Assembly: GCA_041641305.1 (NCBI GenBank)
Contig: JBEPYN010000001.1
Location: 512,001-576,000, forward strand
DNA length: 64,000 nucleotides
Source of the DNA: Nitrososphaerota archaeon
GTDB taxonomy: Archaea > Thermoproteota > Nitrososphaeria_A > Caldarchaeales > Caldarchaeaceae
Direction: 5' to 3'
How positions within the stretch are numbered: position 1 is the first letter of the stretch; each line of letters starts with the position of its first letter. The position numbers were made by a program, and so were the translations under genes. The notes beneath the pieces were generated by a model. It did not search any database. It had not been told where the DNA came from and was given only the letters and a program-made list of their open reading frames with translations. Of the stretch, positions 49,272 through 60,061 are shown piece after piece.

Positions 49272-50912
49272 ATTAAAAAGAGCCTCGTCACATGCCTACT
49301 ATTAATAGCGGCCCTTCTCACATTGCCGTACTCAGCAGCCCAACAGGATGAGATCGAGTGGAATAGGCAGATACCGTTTCTCGGGGCGCAGCCGACACTT
49401 GTTATCCTCGTCCAGTTCACAGACGTGAAGCTTTCCATAACGAGGGCCCAGGCCGAGCAAATAGTCAAGATAGTTGACGACTTTGTCAGAACCGCTTCCT
49501 ATGGGAGAACATGGCTCGAATACACCATACACCCACGTGTGATAACATTGCCCAAGCCCATGTCACACTATGGAGCACCAGCCCAAGGAGCACAAAGAGG
49601 AGACGATAACCAACGTATTCTTGAGTACCATTTAACCACTATTCAGCTCGTCAAAAGGGACGGGGTAGACCTCAGCCAGTACAAACACGTCATCGTTATC
49701 CACGCTGGGAAGGATGAGGCTGTCGGCGGCACAGCCAACGATATATGGAGCCACTGCAGCTGTGTTCTTCCTAAGGTTCTTTATTTTTGGATTGAACAGG
49801 GTGGGTTTGACGCTGTAGAGTCCGGGCTTAAGAAGCAGGGGTATGATTGGGTTGTTGAGCTTTTCATGCATAGAACGCCGAACGGCGAAGGCCGTCTACT
49901 ATCGGGCATAGAGACTGTCGCAGAATATGATTTTCCCAGCGTAATGTCCCACGAGTTCACACACAGCATGTGGATAAGTGACCACTATGTTTATGAGAAG
50001 GATGGATACAGCGCGGGTAGCGAGGTTGGTGTATGGTCTAACATGGACTACGGCGCTTTCCTTGACCCGCCGGTGGACATAGACGGCTGGAGCAAATACC
50101 TATTGGGCTGGATAGAGGCCGTCACGGTTGAGAGAGACGGAGAATACATCATCCACACCCTCGACAAACCGGATGAACCCCATGCATTACTCATCCCGAT
50201 AAACGACAAAGAATACTACTTCATACACGCACGCAGACCCGTGAAAAATGATGCTGCACTGCCCGGCCCCGGTGTCCTGATCATGAAGGTTAACAAATTC
50301 AAAATCAAAAATGCTGAAGGGGAGCCTTTTATGGTGCAGCTTTTCGACGCCAACCCCGATACCCCAAATGAATGCGAACAGTATGCGGGCCAATCCAGAG
50401 ACCCGAGGAGTTTCATGTCTCTGTGTGTAAAGTTTGACGCAGCCTTCTACAGCCATGAAGGCTACAGCAATTCATGGGCCTTTAAAACTCTTGGGGGAAC
50501 CCGTGGAACTTATCAGATAGACTTGGCCAACTCCGAGTATGTTACGGAGGAGGGCTTCAGGATATCTGTAGAGTCTTTTGACGAGGGCGGCGGGGTTGCG
50601 AGGATAAGGGTGTCGCTTGGTGGACAACCTCATGATGGAGAGGGAGGAGAAACAACGGTAACCACCGTCACCCGCACAGTCACTGGAACAGCCACCGAGA
50701 CACTCTACACAACCACAACAGTCGTCGGAACACAGACGAGAACAGTCGTCGTAACCGTAACAACAGCCCAGCTCCCACACTCAACAGGAGAAGAATACAC
50801 ATCCATAGCCATCATACTCGCAGCACTCCTCTTCACCATGGCTATAATCGCGATGGGAAGAAGAAGACCGAGAACAGCTCCTCCGCCGCCTCCTCCACCT
50901 CCTACATGGTAG
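49272..50912 (+). CDS. M6 family metalloprotease, paralog 2 (signal peptide needs a non-canonical ATT start)
   Basis: IHAGKDEA, SHEFTH, WSKYLLGW; in-frame signal peptide IKKSLVTCLLLIAALLTLPYSAA upstream of the ORF-track start. Confidence 0.85.
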   Translation: MKKSLVTCLLLIAALLTLPYSAAQQDEIEWNRQIPFLGAQPTLVILVQFTDVKLSITRAQAEQIVKIVDDFVRTASYGRTWLEYTIHPRVITLPKPMSHYGAPAQGAQRGDDNQRILEYHLTTIQLVKRDGVDLSQYKHVIVIHAGKDEAVGGTANDIWSHCSCVLPKVLYFWIEQGGFDAVESGLKKQGYDWVVELFMHRTPNGEGRLLSGIETVAEYDFPSVMSHEFTHSMWISDHYVYEKDGYSAGSEVGVWSNMDYGAFLDPPVDIDGWSKYLLGWIEAVTVERDGEYIIHTLDKPDEPHALLIPINDKEYYFIHARRPVKNDAALPGPGVLIMKVNKFKIKNAEGEPFMVQLFDANPDTPNECEQYAGQSRDPRSFMSLCVKFDAAFYSHEGYSNSWAFKTLGGTRGTYQIDLANSEYVTEEGFRISVESFDEGGGVARIRVSLGGQPHDGEGGETTVTTVTRTVTGTATETLYTTTTVVGTQTRTVVVTVTTAQLPHSTGEEYTSIAIILAALLFTMAIIAMGRRRPRTAPPPPPPPPTW

Positions 50913-50961
50913 CCGTCGATGACCTTTATATCAACCAAGTCCGCCTCAAAAAGCGGAAAAA

Positions 50962-51816
50962 TTGGTCGGAAAACCCGTTATCGAAATAGCTTTCGACACC
51001 CCGAGGGTTGAGGAGAAGCTGCTGGCTAAGGCTGTGGCCGCAAAAGGAGCTGAGCTGAGGCTGACAAACGTCAAACAGAATGTCTTCACTTTACAGAAGA
51101 CCGCGGTAGATGTTTGTCTCGTGAGATGCGTCTCGCTCTACGGCGCCATACATACAGCCGCGTTGAGAGAGGGGGCAGGTGTGCGGAGCATAAACAGCTC
51201 CGAAGCCATTTTCCTCGCGGGCGACAAGGTTTTGACCGTTTCACGTCTCAAGTTGGTGAACCTGCCCATTCCGAGAACTGCCGTGGGCCTAAACACGAAA
51301 GCGGCTGAGAAGGCCCTCGAGAAGGTCGGGCTACCCGCTGTAGACAAACCACCCATCGGAAGCTGGGGCAGACTCGTCGCCCTTCTGAGAGACATCGACG
51401 ACTTCAAGCTCGTCACCGAACACCGCGAAATGCTGCCCAGCAGCTACATGAAAACCCACATCATACAGGAATACATCGACCTCCCCAATAGAGACATCAG
51501 AACACTCGTCATTGGCGAAGAGGTCGTAGGAGCCATCTACCGCTACAGGGCCACGGGCGACTGGAGGACAAACGTCGCCCTCGGAGGCGAGCCAGTCCAA
51601 GCTTTTCTCAACGACGAGCTAGTGGAAATCAGCCTCAGAGCCGCTAAAGCCGTGAAAGGAGAAGTCGTCAGCATAGATGTCTTCGAGACAACAGATGGCA
51701 GCTATCTCGTCAACGAGGTCAACGGCGTCCCCGAGTTCAAGGGACTGATGAAAGCAACAGGGGTGAACGTCCCCGAGAAAATCATCGACTACGTCATCGA
51801 CTCAACAAGGAAATAG
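50962..51816 (+). CDS. lysX: LysX/ArgX (RimK-family) ATP-grasp ligase
   Basis: KPPIGSWGRLV, IQEYI..RDIR, WRTNVALGG, NEVNGVPEFKG. Confidence 0.85.
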   Translation: MVGKPVIEIAFDTPRVEEKLLAKAVAAKGAELRLTNVKQNVFTLQKTAVDVCLVRCVSLYGAIHTAALREGAGVRSINSSEAIFLAGDKVLTVSRLKLVNLPIPRTAVGLNTKAAEKALEKVGLPAVDKPPIGSWGRLVALLRDIDDFKLVTEHREMLPSSYMKTHIIQEYIDLPNRDIRTLVIGEEVVGAIYRYRATGDWRTNVALGGEPVQAFLNDELVEISLRAAKAVKGEVVSIDVFETTDGSYLVNEVNGVPEFKGLMKATGVNVPEKIIDYVIDSTRK

Positions 51817-52312
51817 CTCTCGACCTACATTTTCCGCACAAGTCGCCGCTTTTGGCGTCCACCTCCGCGACAGAGTTGCTAAAACTCATCACACACCTCT
51901 CCGTCGAGCAGTGGTGGAGACCGATCAAGTGGCCAAACTCGTGAACAGTCTCCTTCAAAACCCTATCAAGGAGCAAAAGCCTACCAGACGCGCCTGCTTC
52001 TGGAGAAGGCTTCAGCCTATGAATTGAGACCACGCCGACAGGCGGTGGAGCATATCCGAAGACAAAGTTCAGCCCCTCGACATAAAGGTCCCTATCTGTC
52101 AGGATGAGGACAAGGCTCTCTTCCGGCTTGACATGTTTCACAAGCTTTTCGGCGTCGTATTGGCGTCTCAGAGGGTTCCAAGCCTTCTCAGCAAATGGCA
52201 CAAAACCATTCTCAACCAAAGTATCAACCCCGTAAACCTGTGCAATCCCTGCGGCTACGGCTTCGCCGAGGGCGGTGTCACCTGTCTCGTTCAAAACCTT
52301 TAATCGCAACAT
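51794..52312 (-). CDS. Archaemetzincin (M54) zinc metalloprotease
   Basis: RRQYDA, NFVFG, HEFGHLIGLHHC..CVMSFSNS..LCGKC. Confidence 0.9.
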   Translation of the reverse strand: MLRLKVLNETGDTALGEAVAAGIAQVYGVDTLVENGFVPFAEKAWNPLRRQYDAEKLVKHVKPEESLVLILTDRDLYVEGLNFVFGYAPPPVGVVSIHRLKPSPEAGASGRLLLLDRVLKETVHEFGHLIGLHHCSTERCVMSFSNSVAEVDAKSGDLCGKCRSRAISLLSR

Positions 52313-52334
52313 CCCCCACAACCCGCGGGTCACG

Positions 52335-52910
52335 TTGATAATATGGGTGACGGGGACACCTGGCGTAGGAAAAACAGCGACGGGAAAAACTCTTGCGAAA
52401 CGACTCGGCATAGATTTCATAGACCTTCCCGAACTCGTATCCACATATAGCCTGTATGAGGAAAGGATGGATGATGGCACAATGGTCGTGGAGACGCGGA
52501 GGCTTGCACGTCATCTGCAAAAACAGGTCAGGGGCGACACGGTCATAGCTGGGCACATCCCTGTCAGGGTTCGAGGACACGAAAACAGGTGCATAGTTCT
52601 TCGCCTAAACCCTCTCCAGCTCAGAAAACGACTTGAGGAAAGAGGCTACAGCGCAGAGAAGGTGGCGGAAAACGTTGAAGCAGAGTTTCTTGGAGTGATA
52701 TATCTTGACGCGATGCGTGTCTTCGGAAAGAAACACGTGACTCAGATAGATGTGACGGGGAAGGAGCTCGGCGAAGTGGTTGACCTATGTATTGAGGCTG
52801 TTGAGCGAGGAAATGCTGGAGAAGATGTTGAATGGATGAGCCGCCTGGATGAGAGTTCTCTCTCTGAGCTTTTACGCCATCTCTCCTCAGCGAAAAAGGG
52901 TAAGCTGTGA
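52335..52910 (+). CDS. Adenylate kinase 6 (Fap7/hCINAP-like)
   Basis: TGTPGVGKT, IAGH, RLEERGY..KVAENVEAE. Confidence 0.85.
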   Translation: MIIWVTGTPGVGKTATGKTLAKRLGIDFIDLPELVSTYSLYEERMDDGTMVVETRRLARHLQKQVRGDTVIAGHIPVRVRGHENRCIVLRLNPLQLRKRLEERGYSAEKVAENVEAEFLGVIYLDAMRVFGKKHVTQIDVTGKELGEVVDLCIEAVERGNAGEDVEWMSRLDESSLSELLRHLSSAKKGKL

Positions 52911-52978
52911 TATCTTTTTTACCGGCTTGCGTGGAGATGCGTCGGAGAAACACTTCATTCGATGGTCTGGTGAGGTAG

Positions 52979-54766
52979 ATGGTTTCCGACCACCGTGTAG
53001 CGGTTCTCGACAGAGACAGGTGTGACTCTAGAAAATGCGGAAACTGGCCATGCATAACATACTGCCCACCCGTCCGAAACAACATCGAGGCCATCAAGAT
53101 GGGTGAGGACGGTTTCCCGATAATCAGCGAAACACTCTGCATAAGCTGCGGAATCTGTGTCAAAAAATGCCCCTTCGAAGCCATCACCATAATCAACCTC
53201 CCAACCGAGCTGCGCAAGGATGTGGCCCATCACTATGGTGTCAACAGGTTTAAGCTCTTCAGGCTTCCATACCCAGAAGTCGGGAAGGTAGTCGGCCTGC
53301 TGGGGAAAAACGGAATCGGAAAATCCACGGCACTCAAAATCCTCGCCGGGCAGCTGATCCCCAACTTCGGTATCCTCGATAGACCTGTTACATGGGAGGA
53401 GGCTTCACGGTTTTTCAGAGGCTCGCTCATCCAAGAACATCTCAGCAGCATCTCCAAAGGTGATGTGAAGATCTCCTACAAGCCTCAAAACATCGCCGAA
53501 ATACCAAAGGTGGTTTCGGGGACTGTTAAGCAGGTTTTGGCCAGGCTCGGCGACCCAGCAGCAGTTGAGGACGTTATTGAGAAGCTGGAGCTGACGAAGC
53601 TAGGCGACCGGGACATCCGTTTCCTCAGCGGAGGGGAGCTGCAGAGGCTTGCCATCGCCGCATGCCTTCTCAGAAAAGCAGATGTCTACATCCTCGACGA
53701 GCCGTCAAGCTTCCTCGACATAAGGCAGAGGCTGAGGATGGTGGAGACGGTGCGAGCTGCTCTACGGGACAACGTAAAAATCGTCGTAGCAGACCACGAC
53801 CTCGCGGTTCTCGACTATTTCTCTGACACAATTTTCCTCTTCTACGGCGAGCCATCTGTCTACGGCGTTGTAGCAGGCCCCTACGGTGTGAGAGAAGGAA
53901 TTAACATCTTCATCGAGGGATACATTCCCGACGAAAACATGAGGTTCAGGAGCGAGCGGATAGATTTTCAGGTGAAGCCTCCGACACGTGAGCAGACAAG
54001 TGCCGAAAAGCTGATGTGGCCCAGCTTCACTAAAACATTTGAAGGATTTAGGCTCGAGGTGGAGGAGGGATGGGTCTACAGAGGCGAGGTGCTTGGCATC
54101 GTCGGACCAAACGGGATAGGGAAGACGACTTTCGCATCAATCATCGCAGGCGTGCAGCAAACCGATCAGGGATTCACCTTCGACCCAAAGGCTGTTAGCT
54201 ACAAGCCACAGTATCCACAAGCCGACGACAAAACAGTGGAGGAACATCTCAGAGAAGCTGCGGGACAGGAATACGACACATCGCTTTACCAATCTCTTAT
54301 ACTTCGGCCCTTCGGCCTCGAGAAGCTGCTGGAGAGAAGCATGAAGGAGCTGAGCGGAGGAGAGCTGCAGAAGGTCGTCGTCGCAGAATGTCTTTCGAGG
54401 AAGGCCGACATCTATGTCCTCGATGAGCCGAGCGCTTTTCTCGACGTCGAGGAAAGATACCATATGGCGAAGATTCTAAAGAGATTGGCGCTGGAGAAGA
54501 GGGCATATGTTCTTTTGGTTGAGCATGATTTCACGGTTCTCGACTTCGCTTCATCGGCTTTGATGATTTTCAGCGGCGAGCCCGGTGTATATGGGCGCGG
54601 CAGCAGCCCCACCGACCTAAGGACAGGTTTCAACATGTTTCTCGAGCAAATGGACGTCACCTTCCGCCGCGATCAGGCGACTAAACGCCCCCGTATAAAC
54701 AAGAGAGACAGCCAGCTTCATAGACTCCAGAAAAAGATGGGCGAATACTACTATCTCTCTGCGTGA
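52979..54766 (+). CDS. rli: Ribosome recycling ATPase ABCE1/RLI
   Basis: N-terminal Fe-S cysteines; two ABC domains (GKNGIGKS, GPNGIGKT, LSGGELQ). Confidence 0.97.
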   Translation: MVSDHRVAVLDRDRCDSRKCGNWPCITYCPPVRNNIEAIKMGEDGFPIISETLCISCGICVKKCPFEAITIINLPTELRKDVAHHYGVNRFKLFRLPYPEVGKVVGLLGKNGIGKSTALKILAGQLIPNFGILDRPVTWEEASRFFRGSLIQEHLSSISKGDVKISYKPQNIAEIPKVVSGTVKQVLARLGDPAAVEDVIEKLELTKLGDRDIRFLSGGELQRLAIAACLLRKADVYILDEPSSFLDIRQRLRMVETVRAALRDNVKIVVADHDLAVLDYFSDTIFLFYGEPSVYGVVAGPYGVREGINIFIEGYIPDENMRFRSERIDFQVKPPTREQTSAEKLMWPSFTKTFEGFRLEVEEGWVYRGEVLGIVGPNGIGKTTFASIIAGVQQTDQGFTFDPKAVSYKPQYPQADDKTVEEHLREAAGQEYDTSLYQSLILRPFGLEKLLERSMKELSGGELQKVVVAECLSRKADIYVLDEPSAFLDVEERYHMAKILKRLALEKRAYVLLVEHDFTVLDFASSALMIFSGEPGVYGRGSSPTDLRTGFNMFLEQMDVTFRRDQATKRPRINKRDSQLHRLQKKMGEYYYLSA

Positions 54767-54813
54767 TATAGGCTAAGGTTTTATACCTGCTATATAGAAT
54801 TGGCAGACAGGTC

Positions 54814-56994
54814 ATGTCAAGCTCGTCACCAACTAAGAAAAAAGAGCTAAGCCTTAGGGTCGCCGAGGCTCGTCAAAGAGACATAGGCCGGAAAATTGCT
54901 CGTGTCGACAGTCAGGGAATGAGGGAGCTTGAGCTGAGCCCCGGCGACCTGATAGAGATAATTGGTAGGAGAGGCACCGTCGCCATAGTTTGGCCGCCCT
55001 ATAAGGAGGATGATGGACAGGGGATAATCAGGATTGATGGCGAGATTAGGCGGAACGCGGGCGTTAGCGTGGGCGAGTTTGTCCGTGTCTCCAAAACAGC
55101 AGCAAAGCCTGCTACGAAGATTGTTCTCGCACCCTTCGAGCCTCTCCCATTTGTGGGGGATTTCGGCAGGATTGTGAGAAGCCAGCTGCTCAACATGCCC
55201 GTCGCCAAGGGAGACATCATCGTGGTGCCGGTCCTCGGAATGGGTGTTGAGCTTAAGGTCAGCTCTACAAGCCCCTCGCCAATAGTCATGGTAACGGAAA
55301 GCACAGTCGTCGAAATCAGTTCAACAACAGCCAAAAGAATAGAGGAGGTCTCAGGCGTCACATACGAGGACATCGGAGGTCTTCACGACGAGCTTCAACG
55401 GATAAGGGAAATGATTGAGCTGCCCCTCAAGCATCCCGAGCTCTTCAGACACCTCGGCATAGAACCGCCAAAAGGCGTGATTCTCTATGGGCCGCCAGGC
55501 ACCGGCAAAACACTCATCGCCAAGGCAATAGCCAACGAGACCGGAGCCCACTTCGTCTCCATAAACGGACCCGAGATAATGAGCAAGTTTTACGGCGAAT
55601 CAGAGGCGCGGCTTAGGGAGGTGTTTCAGGAGGCTGAGCAGAACGCTCCCTCGATAATTTTCATCGATGAGCTGGATGCTATAGCGCCGAAGAGAGGCGA
55701 AGTCACGGGGGAGGTTGAGCGCAGGGTTGTCTCACAGCTTTTGACGTTGATGGATGGGTTGAAGAGCCGTGGACAAGTTGTTGTCATCGGCGCCACTAAC
55801 CGCATAGAGGCGATAGACCCGGCTCTCCGTCGACCTGGCAGGTTCGACAGAGAAATACGCATAGGTGTCCCAGATAAAAATGGGCGGAAAGAGATCCTAC
55901 TCATACACACGAGGCGAATGCCTTTAGCCGAGGACGTGAACATAGACGAGCTTGCTGAAATAACACATGGTTTCGTCGGCGCCGACATAGCGGCGCTCAC
56001 ACGCGAAGCCGCGATGAACGCTTTGCGGAGATTTCTACCTCAGATAGATTTGGAGAAGGAGATTATCCCTGCTGAGGTGTTGGAGAAGATTAAGGTGACG
56101 CGTGAGGATTTCGCCAACGCCTTGAAAACGATTCAGCCGTCGGCGCTTAGGGAGGTTGTCCTCGAGGTGCCTAACGTGAAGTGGGAGGACATAGGCGGAC
56201 TTGAATCCGTTAAGCAGGAGCTGAGGGAGGCTGTTGAATGGCCACTCAAATACCCCGATGTCTTCAAACGCCTCGGAATAAGGCCTCCGCGGGGAATACT
56301 ACTCTATGGCCCACCCGGAACGGGTAAAACACTCCTGGCCAAGGCAGTCGCCACCGAGAGCCAGGCCAACTTCATCAGCGTCAAGGGTCCGGAGATACTT
56401 TCGAAATGGGTCGGTGAGTCTGAGAAAGCCGTCCGCGAGATATTCAGGAAAGCGAGGGAAACCGCGCCATGCATCATTTTCTTCGACGAGCTCGACTCCA
56501 TCGCACCGCGTAGGGGTATCCACACCGATGCAGGTGTCACCGACAGGATAGTGAACCAGCTTCTGACAGAGATGGATGGGATGCAGTCTCTGAAGGGTGT
56601 GGTCGTCTTAGGCGCCACAAACAGGCCCGACATCCTCGACCCCGCGCTTCTGAGACCAGGCAGGTTTGACAGAGTGCTCTACGTTCCTCCGCCTGACAAA
56701 AGCGCCCGCCTAGCCATATTCAAGATACATACAAGGGAGATGCCTCTCGACAAGGATGTGGACCTTGAGCAGTTGGCCGCTGTCACCGAGGGCTACACGG
56801 GCGCGGACATCGAGGCAGTTGTCCGCGAAGCCGCCTTGATAGCTGCGAGGGAAAACATCAACGCCCAGGTTGTATCGATGAGACATTTCGAGTTGGCGCT
56901 TCAGAAGATTAAGCCAAGCGTCGGCACCGAGGAGAAGGCTGAATACGAGAGAATAGTCAGCAACTTCAAGAAATCCATGGCTTACATCGGGTAA
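54814..56994 (+). CDS. cdc48: CDC48/VCP AAA+ ATPase
   Basis: N domain, two GPPGTGKT modules, RPGRFDR, C-terminal YIG. Confidence 0.97.
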   Translation: MSSSSPTKKKELSLRVAEARQRDIGRKIARVDSQGMRELELSPGDLIEIIGRRGTVAIVWPPYKEDDGQGIIRIDGEIRRNAGVSVGEFVRVSKTAAKPATKIVLAPFEPLPFVGDFGRIVRSQLLNMPVAKGDIIVVPVLGMGVELKVSSTSPSPIVMVTESTVVEISSTTAKRIEEVSGVTYEDIGGLHDELQRIREMIELPLKHPELFRHLGIEPPKGVILYGPPGTGKTLIAKAIANETGAHFVSINGPEIMSKFYGESEARLREVFQEAEQNAPSIIFIDELDAIAPKRGEVTGEVERRVVSQLLTLMDGLKSRGQVVVIGATNRIEAIDPALRRPGRFDREIRIGVPDKNGRKEILLIHTRRMPLAEDVNIDELAEITHGFVGADIAALTREAAMNALRRFLPQIDLEKEIIPAEVLEKIKVTREDFANALKTIQPSALREVVLEVPNVKWEDIGGLESVKQELREAVEWPLKYPDVFKRLGIRPPRGILLYGPPGTGKTLLAKAVATESQANFISVKGPEILSKWVGESEKAVREIFRKARETAPCIIFFDELDSIAPRRGIHTDAGVTDRIVNQLLTEMDGMQSLKGVVVLGATNRPDILDPALLRPGRFDRVLYVPPPDKSARLAIFKIHTREMPLDKDVDLEQLAAVTEGYTGADIEAVVREAALIAARENINAQVVSMRHFELALQKIKPSVGTEEKAEYERIVSNFKKSMAYIG

Positions 56995-57103
56995 CAGAAT
57001 ACAGGTGTAACACCCCGACACTATCCACATATTCTTTAACCCGCGGCAGAAATTCAACCGATAAATATGCCGACACATAGCCTCGCTCTCGAGGTTAGAA
57101 AAA

Positions 57104-57727
57104 ATGAAGATGCCATGGAGTAGGGAACCAGCGCAGAACCCGTCTGCCTACGTGCGACCCGTCAACTACCAAGACCGAATGCTGGAGATACTGACGCAGC
57201 TGAAGATTCAGAACGAGAAGCTGAACCGCACGATCGAGAGGCTTAAGCACCGGGGCAAAGAGCTTTTCGAACAATGTGTTAGAGCTGAGCAGGAGAAGGA
57301 CACGGCGCGTGCAACAATCTACGCCAACGAGATAGCCCAGCTCCGTAAGATGACTAGGACGCTGCTAGCCAGCCACATGTCGCTCGACAAGGTTGTTCTA
57401 CGCCTTGAGACGGTTAAGGAGTTCGGCGACGTAATGCATGTCCTCGGCCCGGCGACACAGATAATCAAGCAGGTGCAGCACGAGATCTCGGGAATCGTTC
57501 CAGAAGTGGCCCACAGCCTTAGAAGAGTTGATGAGATGCTGGAGAGCATAATCATAGAGGCTGGCAACGTAACCGGCGGAAGCGTCTACGTCTCTGTCTC
57601 AGACCCTGAGGCCCAGAAAATCATGGAGGAGGCCGCTGAGGTAGCTGCGCAGAGGATGAAGAGCAGCTTCCCCGAGCTGCCTGAAACCTATCAGCACCTC
57701 GAGTCAGCCGCCAACAGGGCTGACTAA
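57104..57727 (+). CDS. ESCRT-III (Snf7/CdvB-like) protein
   Basis: D..RATIYANEIAQLRK..LRLETV..GD; EAQKIMEEA..FPELP. Confidence 0.85.
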   Translation: MKMPWSREPAQNPSAYVRPVNYQDRMLEILTQLKIQNEKLNRTIERLKHRGKELFEQCVRAEQEKDTARATIYANEIAQLRKMTRTLLASHMSLDKVVLRLETVKEFGDVMHVLGPATQIIKQVQHEISGIVPEVAHSLRRVDEMLESIIIEAGNVTGGSVYVSVSDPEAQKIMEEAAEVAAQRMKSSFPELPETYQHLESAANRAD

Positions 57728-57739
57728 ACATCCTATTTT

Positions 57740-58630
57740 TTACAACATTTTTTTGAAAGTTTTCGGTGGAGCTTTTCCTCGGAAAACTTCTGGGTGCAGT
57801 ATCTCTGCGAGTATTAACGCTGTGTCACCTATCTGTGGACCGTGTCTACTGAAGTATCGATCTGCCTCGGCCGCGTATATTTCGCCCAATCGGTATGCCG
57901 GCAGCTGTTGAACCCAGCTCATTCCACAAAATCTCTCAACCTCCGCCGCGGCTTTTTCCAAACTGTATCCACATGGAGCCGCCACCAGTTTCTCAGGCCC
58001 ATGTGCAGAGACCTCCTCAACCCTGATCCTACGTGATGGCTTTCCAGCGACGCCGAGGTCATTTCCCCCAGCCAGTTCAACAAGCTCCGGAACCCAGTGG
58101 CCGCTGCAAAAAGGAGGATAAAGCCACTCGAGAACAGCCGTCCTGACGCAGGGAAGACCAGCCGCATACTCTCTCACATACTCTAAATTAGCTGAAATAG
58201 CTGAAACAAGCTCAGCAGCTTCTTTCTCTCTCTTCACAAGCTTTCCGACATGGAGCATGTCGTCGAGAATCTCCTTTACCGTGTGTGGGTTGAGGGTGCA
58301 TATTGGCGCCACGTTTCTCAGCTTTTCGGTGACTGTGTCGCCTGTTATGCCGCAGACCTCGCAGAGGCCCTGCGCCAAGATGAGATCGGGTTTTAGAGAC
58401 GCGATTAACCCATAGTCGACCACATATAGCTGTTCACCGTTCGCGGCAGCCGTTGAAACAACATGGTCGACTTCCTCGGGTGAGAGGTTCTCAGTGTTGA
58501 TGCGAGGCTTCACCACAACTGGTTTCGACGCAACTCCGCAGGCATAGGTGACCGCCGCCAATTCATCAACCGCGCCCAGCTCCACCAAGATGTCGGTTGC
58601 GCTGGGGACAAGCGAGACTATCCGCATCAC
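57740..58630 (-). CDS. BtuF-like (cobalamin/iron) substrate-binding protein without signal peptide
   Basis: RIVSLVPSATDI, KPDLILAQGLCEVC, EWLYPPFCSGHWVPE. Confidence 0.8.
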   Translation of the reverse strand: MMRIVSLVPSATDILVELGAVDELAAVTYACGVASKPVVVKPRINTENLSPEEVDHVVSTAAANGEQLYVVDYGLIASLKPDLILAQGLCEVCGITGDTVTEKLRNVAPICTLNPHTVKEILDDMLHVGKLVKREKEAAELVSAISANLEYVREYAAGLPCVRTAVLEWLYPPFCSGHWVPELVELAGGNDLGVAGKPSRRIRVEEVSAHGPEKLVAAPCGYSLEKAAAEVERFCGMSWVQQLPAYRLGEIYAAEADRYFSRHGPQIGDTALILAEILHPEVFRGKAPPKTFKKML

Positions 58631-58685
58631 AGAGTCGGAGATGAGGCTTGCATATATTTTTATACGGGATGGGAAAGCTGGTTGC

Positions 58686-59453
58686 GTGGATTTAGGCGAA
58701 GCTGTTTTCCTCGGCGTTGTTCAGGGTTTGGGTGAGTGGCTTCCCGTGAGCAGCGAGGGGCTGGTGACCCTCTTCTCGAGGCTGGTGTTCGGCAAGAGCT
58801 TCGAGTATGCTCTCGCGGTCGCCATATGGCTGCACACGGGGACGCTCTTCGCAGCGCTTCTGTATCTTCGAAAAGATGTGCGGCTTGCTTTAAGGGGGTT
58901 CACGCGCGACGTTGAGGGGCGGAGGCTTCTACGGTTTCTCATAGTGGCAACCCTGTCCTCCGCCGTGTCCGCGGCTCCTCTTCTCCTGCTTCTACGTGGT
59001 CTAGAGTTATCCGACAAACCTTTCACAATAGCCGTAGGCCTTTTACTTGTTGTTACTGCTCTTGTTCAGCGGAGGGAACCGTCTGGTGAACAGAGGATAG
59101 ATACATGGAGCGCGTTTGTGGCAGGGCTGCTGCAGGGCCTTTCCATAATGCCGGGAATAAGCAGGTCGGGGATAACCTTAGCCGCCCTAGTGGGCCTCGG
59201 GTTCAGGGTCAGGGAAGCTCTCCGTCTAAGCTTCCTGATGAGCATACCCGCAGTAGCGGCTGCACAGGTTCTACCCCCGCTACTTATGGGGGGATTTTCA
59301 ACGAGCCTTGAAATGTTTGCAGGAGCCTTTGCAGCCTTTGCCATGGGAATTGCCACTATGAAGATGTTGTTGTCGGCTGCGGAGCGTCTCGACCTACGCC
59401 TCTTCATGATACCTCTTGGCGTGGCGATAGTTTTGCTTGGTCTGCTACTCTAA
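58686..59453 (+). CDS. uppP: Undecaprenyl-diphosphate phosphatase-like
   Basis: GVVQGLGEWLPVSSEG, LHTGT, PGISRSG, SFLMSIP. Confidence 0.9.
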   Translation: MDLGEAVFLGVVQGLGEWLPVSSEGLVTLFSRLVFGKSFEYALAVAIWLHTGTLFAALLYLRKDVRLALRGFTRDVEGRRLLRFLIVATLSSAVSAAPLLLLLRGLELSDKPFTIAVGLLLVVTALVQRREPSGEQRIDTWSAFVAGLLQGLSIMPGISRSGITLAALVGLGFRVREALRLSFLMSIPAVAAAQVLPPLLMGGFSTSLEMFAGAFAAFAMGIATMKMLLSAAERLDLRLFMIPLGVAIVLLGLLL

Positions 59454-60055
59454 AACCGTGGACGCGGCGGATAAAGGCCTCCGGTCTTCCTCCTTCTAGC
59501 GTATTCGTTGAGCATCCGGTAGACTGCTCCATGGGGAGCCCCTTTCACAAGTGTTACGACAGCCTCCTCCGCCGCTCTCACGTTCTCGTATTCTCCGATG
59601 ATTGAGACGGTGTCGCCGTATATGGAGACGTCGACTAGGCATGTTTCCTCGATTATGCGGCGTGTTTTGCCCTGTGTGCCTATCACACGGGCCTTTACTC
59701 TGGTCAGGTGGTTGGGGTTGTCGCCGACGTAGTCGGTTAGGTCAATCACGGTGAGAACTGTTCCGTCGTTGACGAGTTTCAGAGCTTTTTCGGGTGAGAA
59801 GCCTCTTCCGATCGCTGTGACTATGTCCCGTGCCTTGAACAAGGACGCCGGGTCGCCGCCCTCCTGCACGGGCTTCGCCAAGCTTATGACAACGGTGCCC
59901 TCGCGGCTGTCAACCTGAAGCGAGACACCGAGAAGCCGCTCAATCTCCGCCTTAACCGAGCCACCCTCACCGATCAAGACACCGACACGTTCTTTCGGAA
60001 TGTTGACGACGAAGCTCGAATGCGTAACATGTGGAAAACCTTTCCCATCCACCAC
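59450..60055 (-). CDS. KH-domain rRNA processing protein Dim2/Pno1
   Basis: RVGVLIG, AIGRGFSPE, RVIGTQGKTR, GAPHGAVY. Confidence 0.9.
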   Translation of the reverse strand: MVDGKGFPHVTHSSFVVNIPKERVGVLIGEGGSVKAEIERLLGVSLQVDSREGTVVISLAKPVQEGGDPASLFKARDIVTAIGRGFSPEKALKLVNDGTVLTVIDLTDYVGDNPNHLTRVKARVIGTQGKTRRIIEETCLVDVSIYGDTVSIIGEYENVRAAEEAVVTLVKGAPHGAVYRMLNEYARRRKTGGLYPPRPRF

Positions 60056-60061
60056 AGTAGA

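Noticed and set aside
49295-49305. 10/11 match (CCTACTATTAA) to the left half of the predicted guide target
   Set aside because: An 11-mer with one mismatch is plausible by chance in 64 kb, and the right half does not follow.
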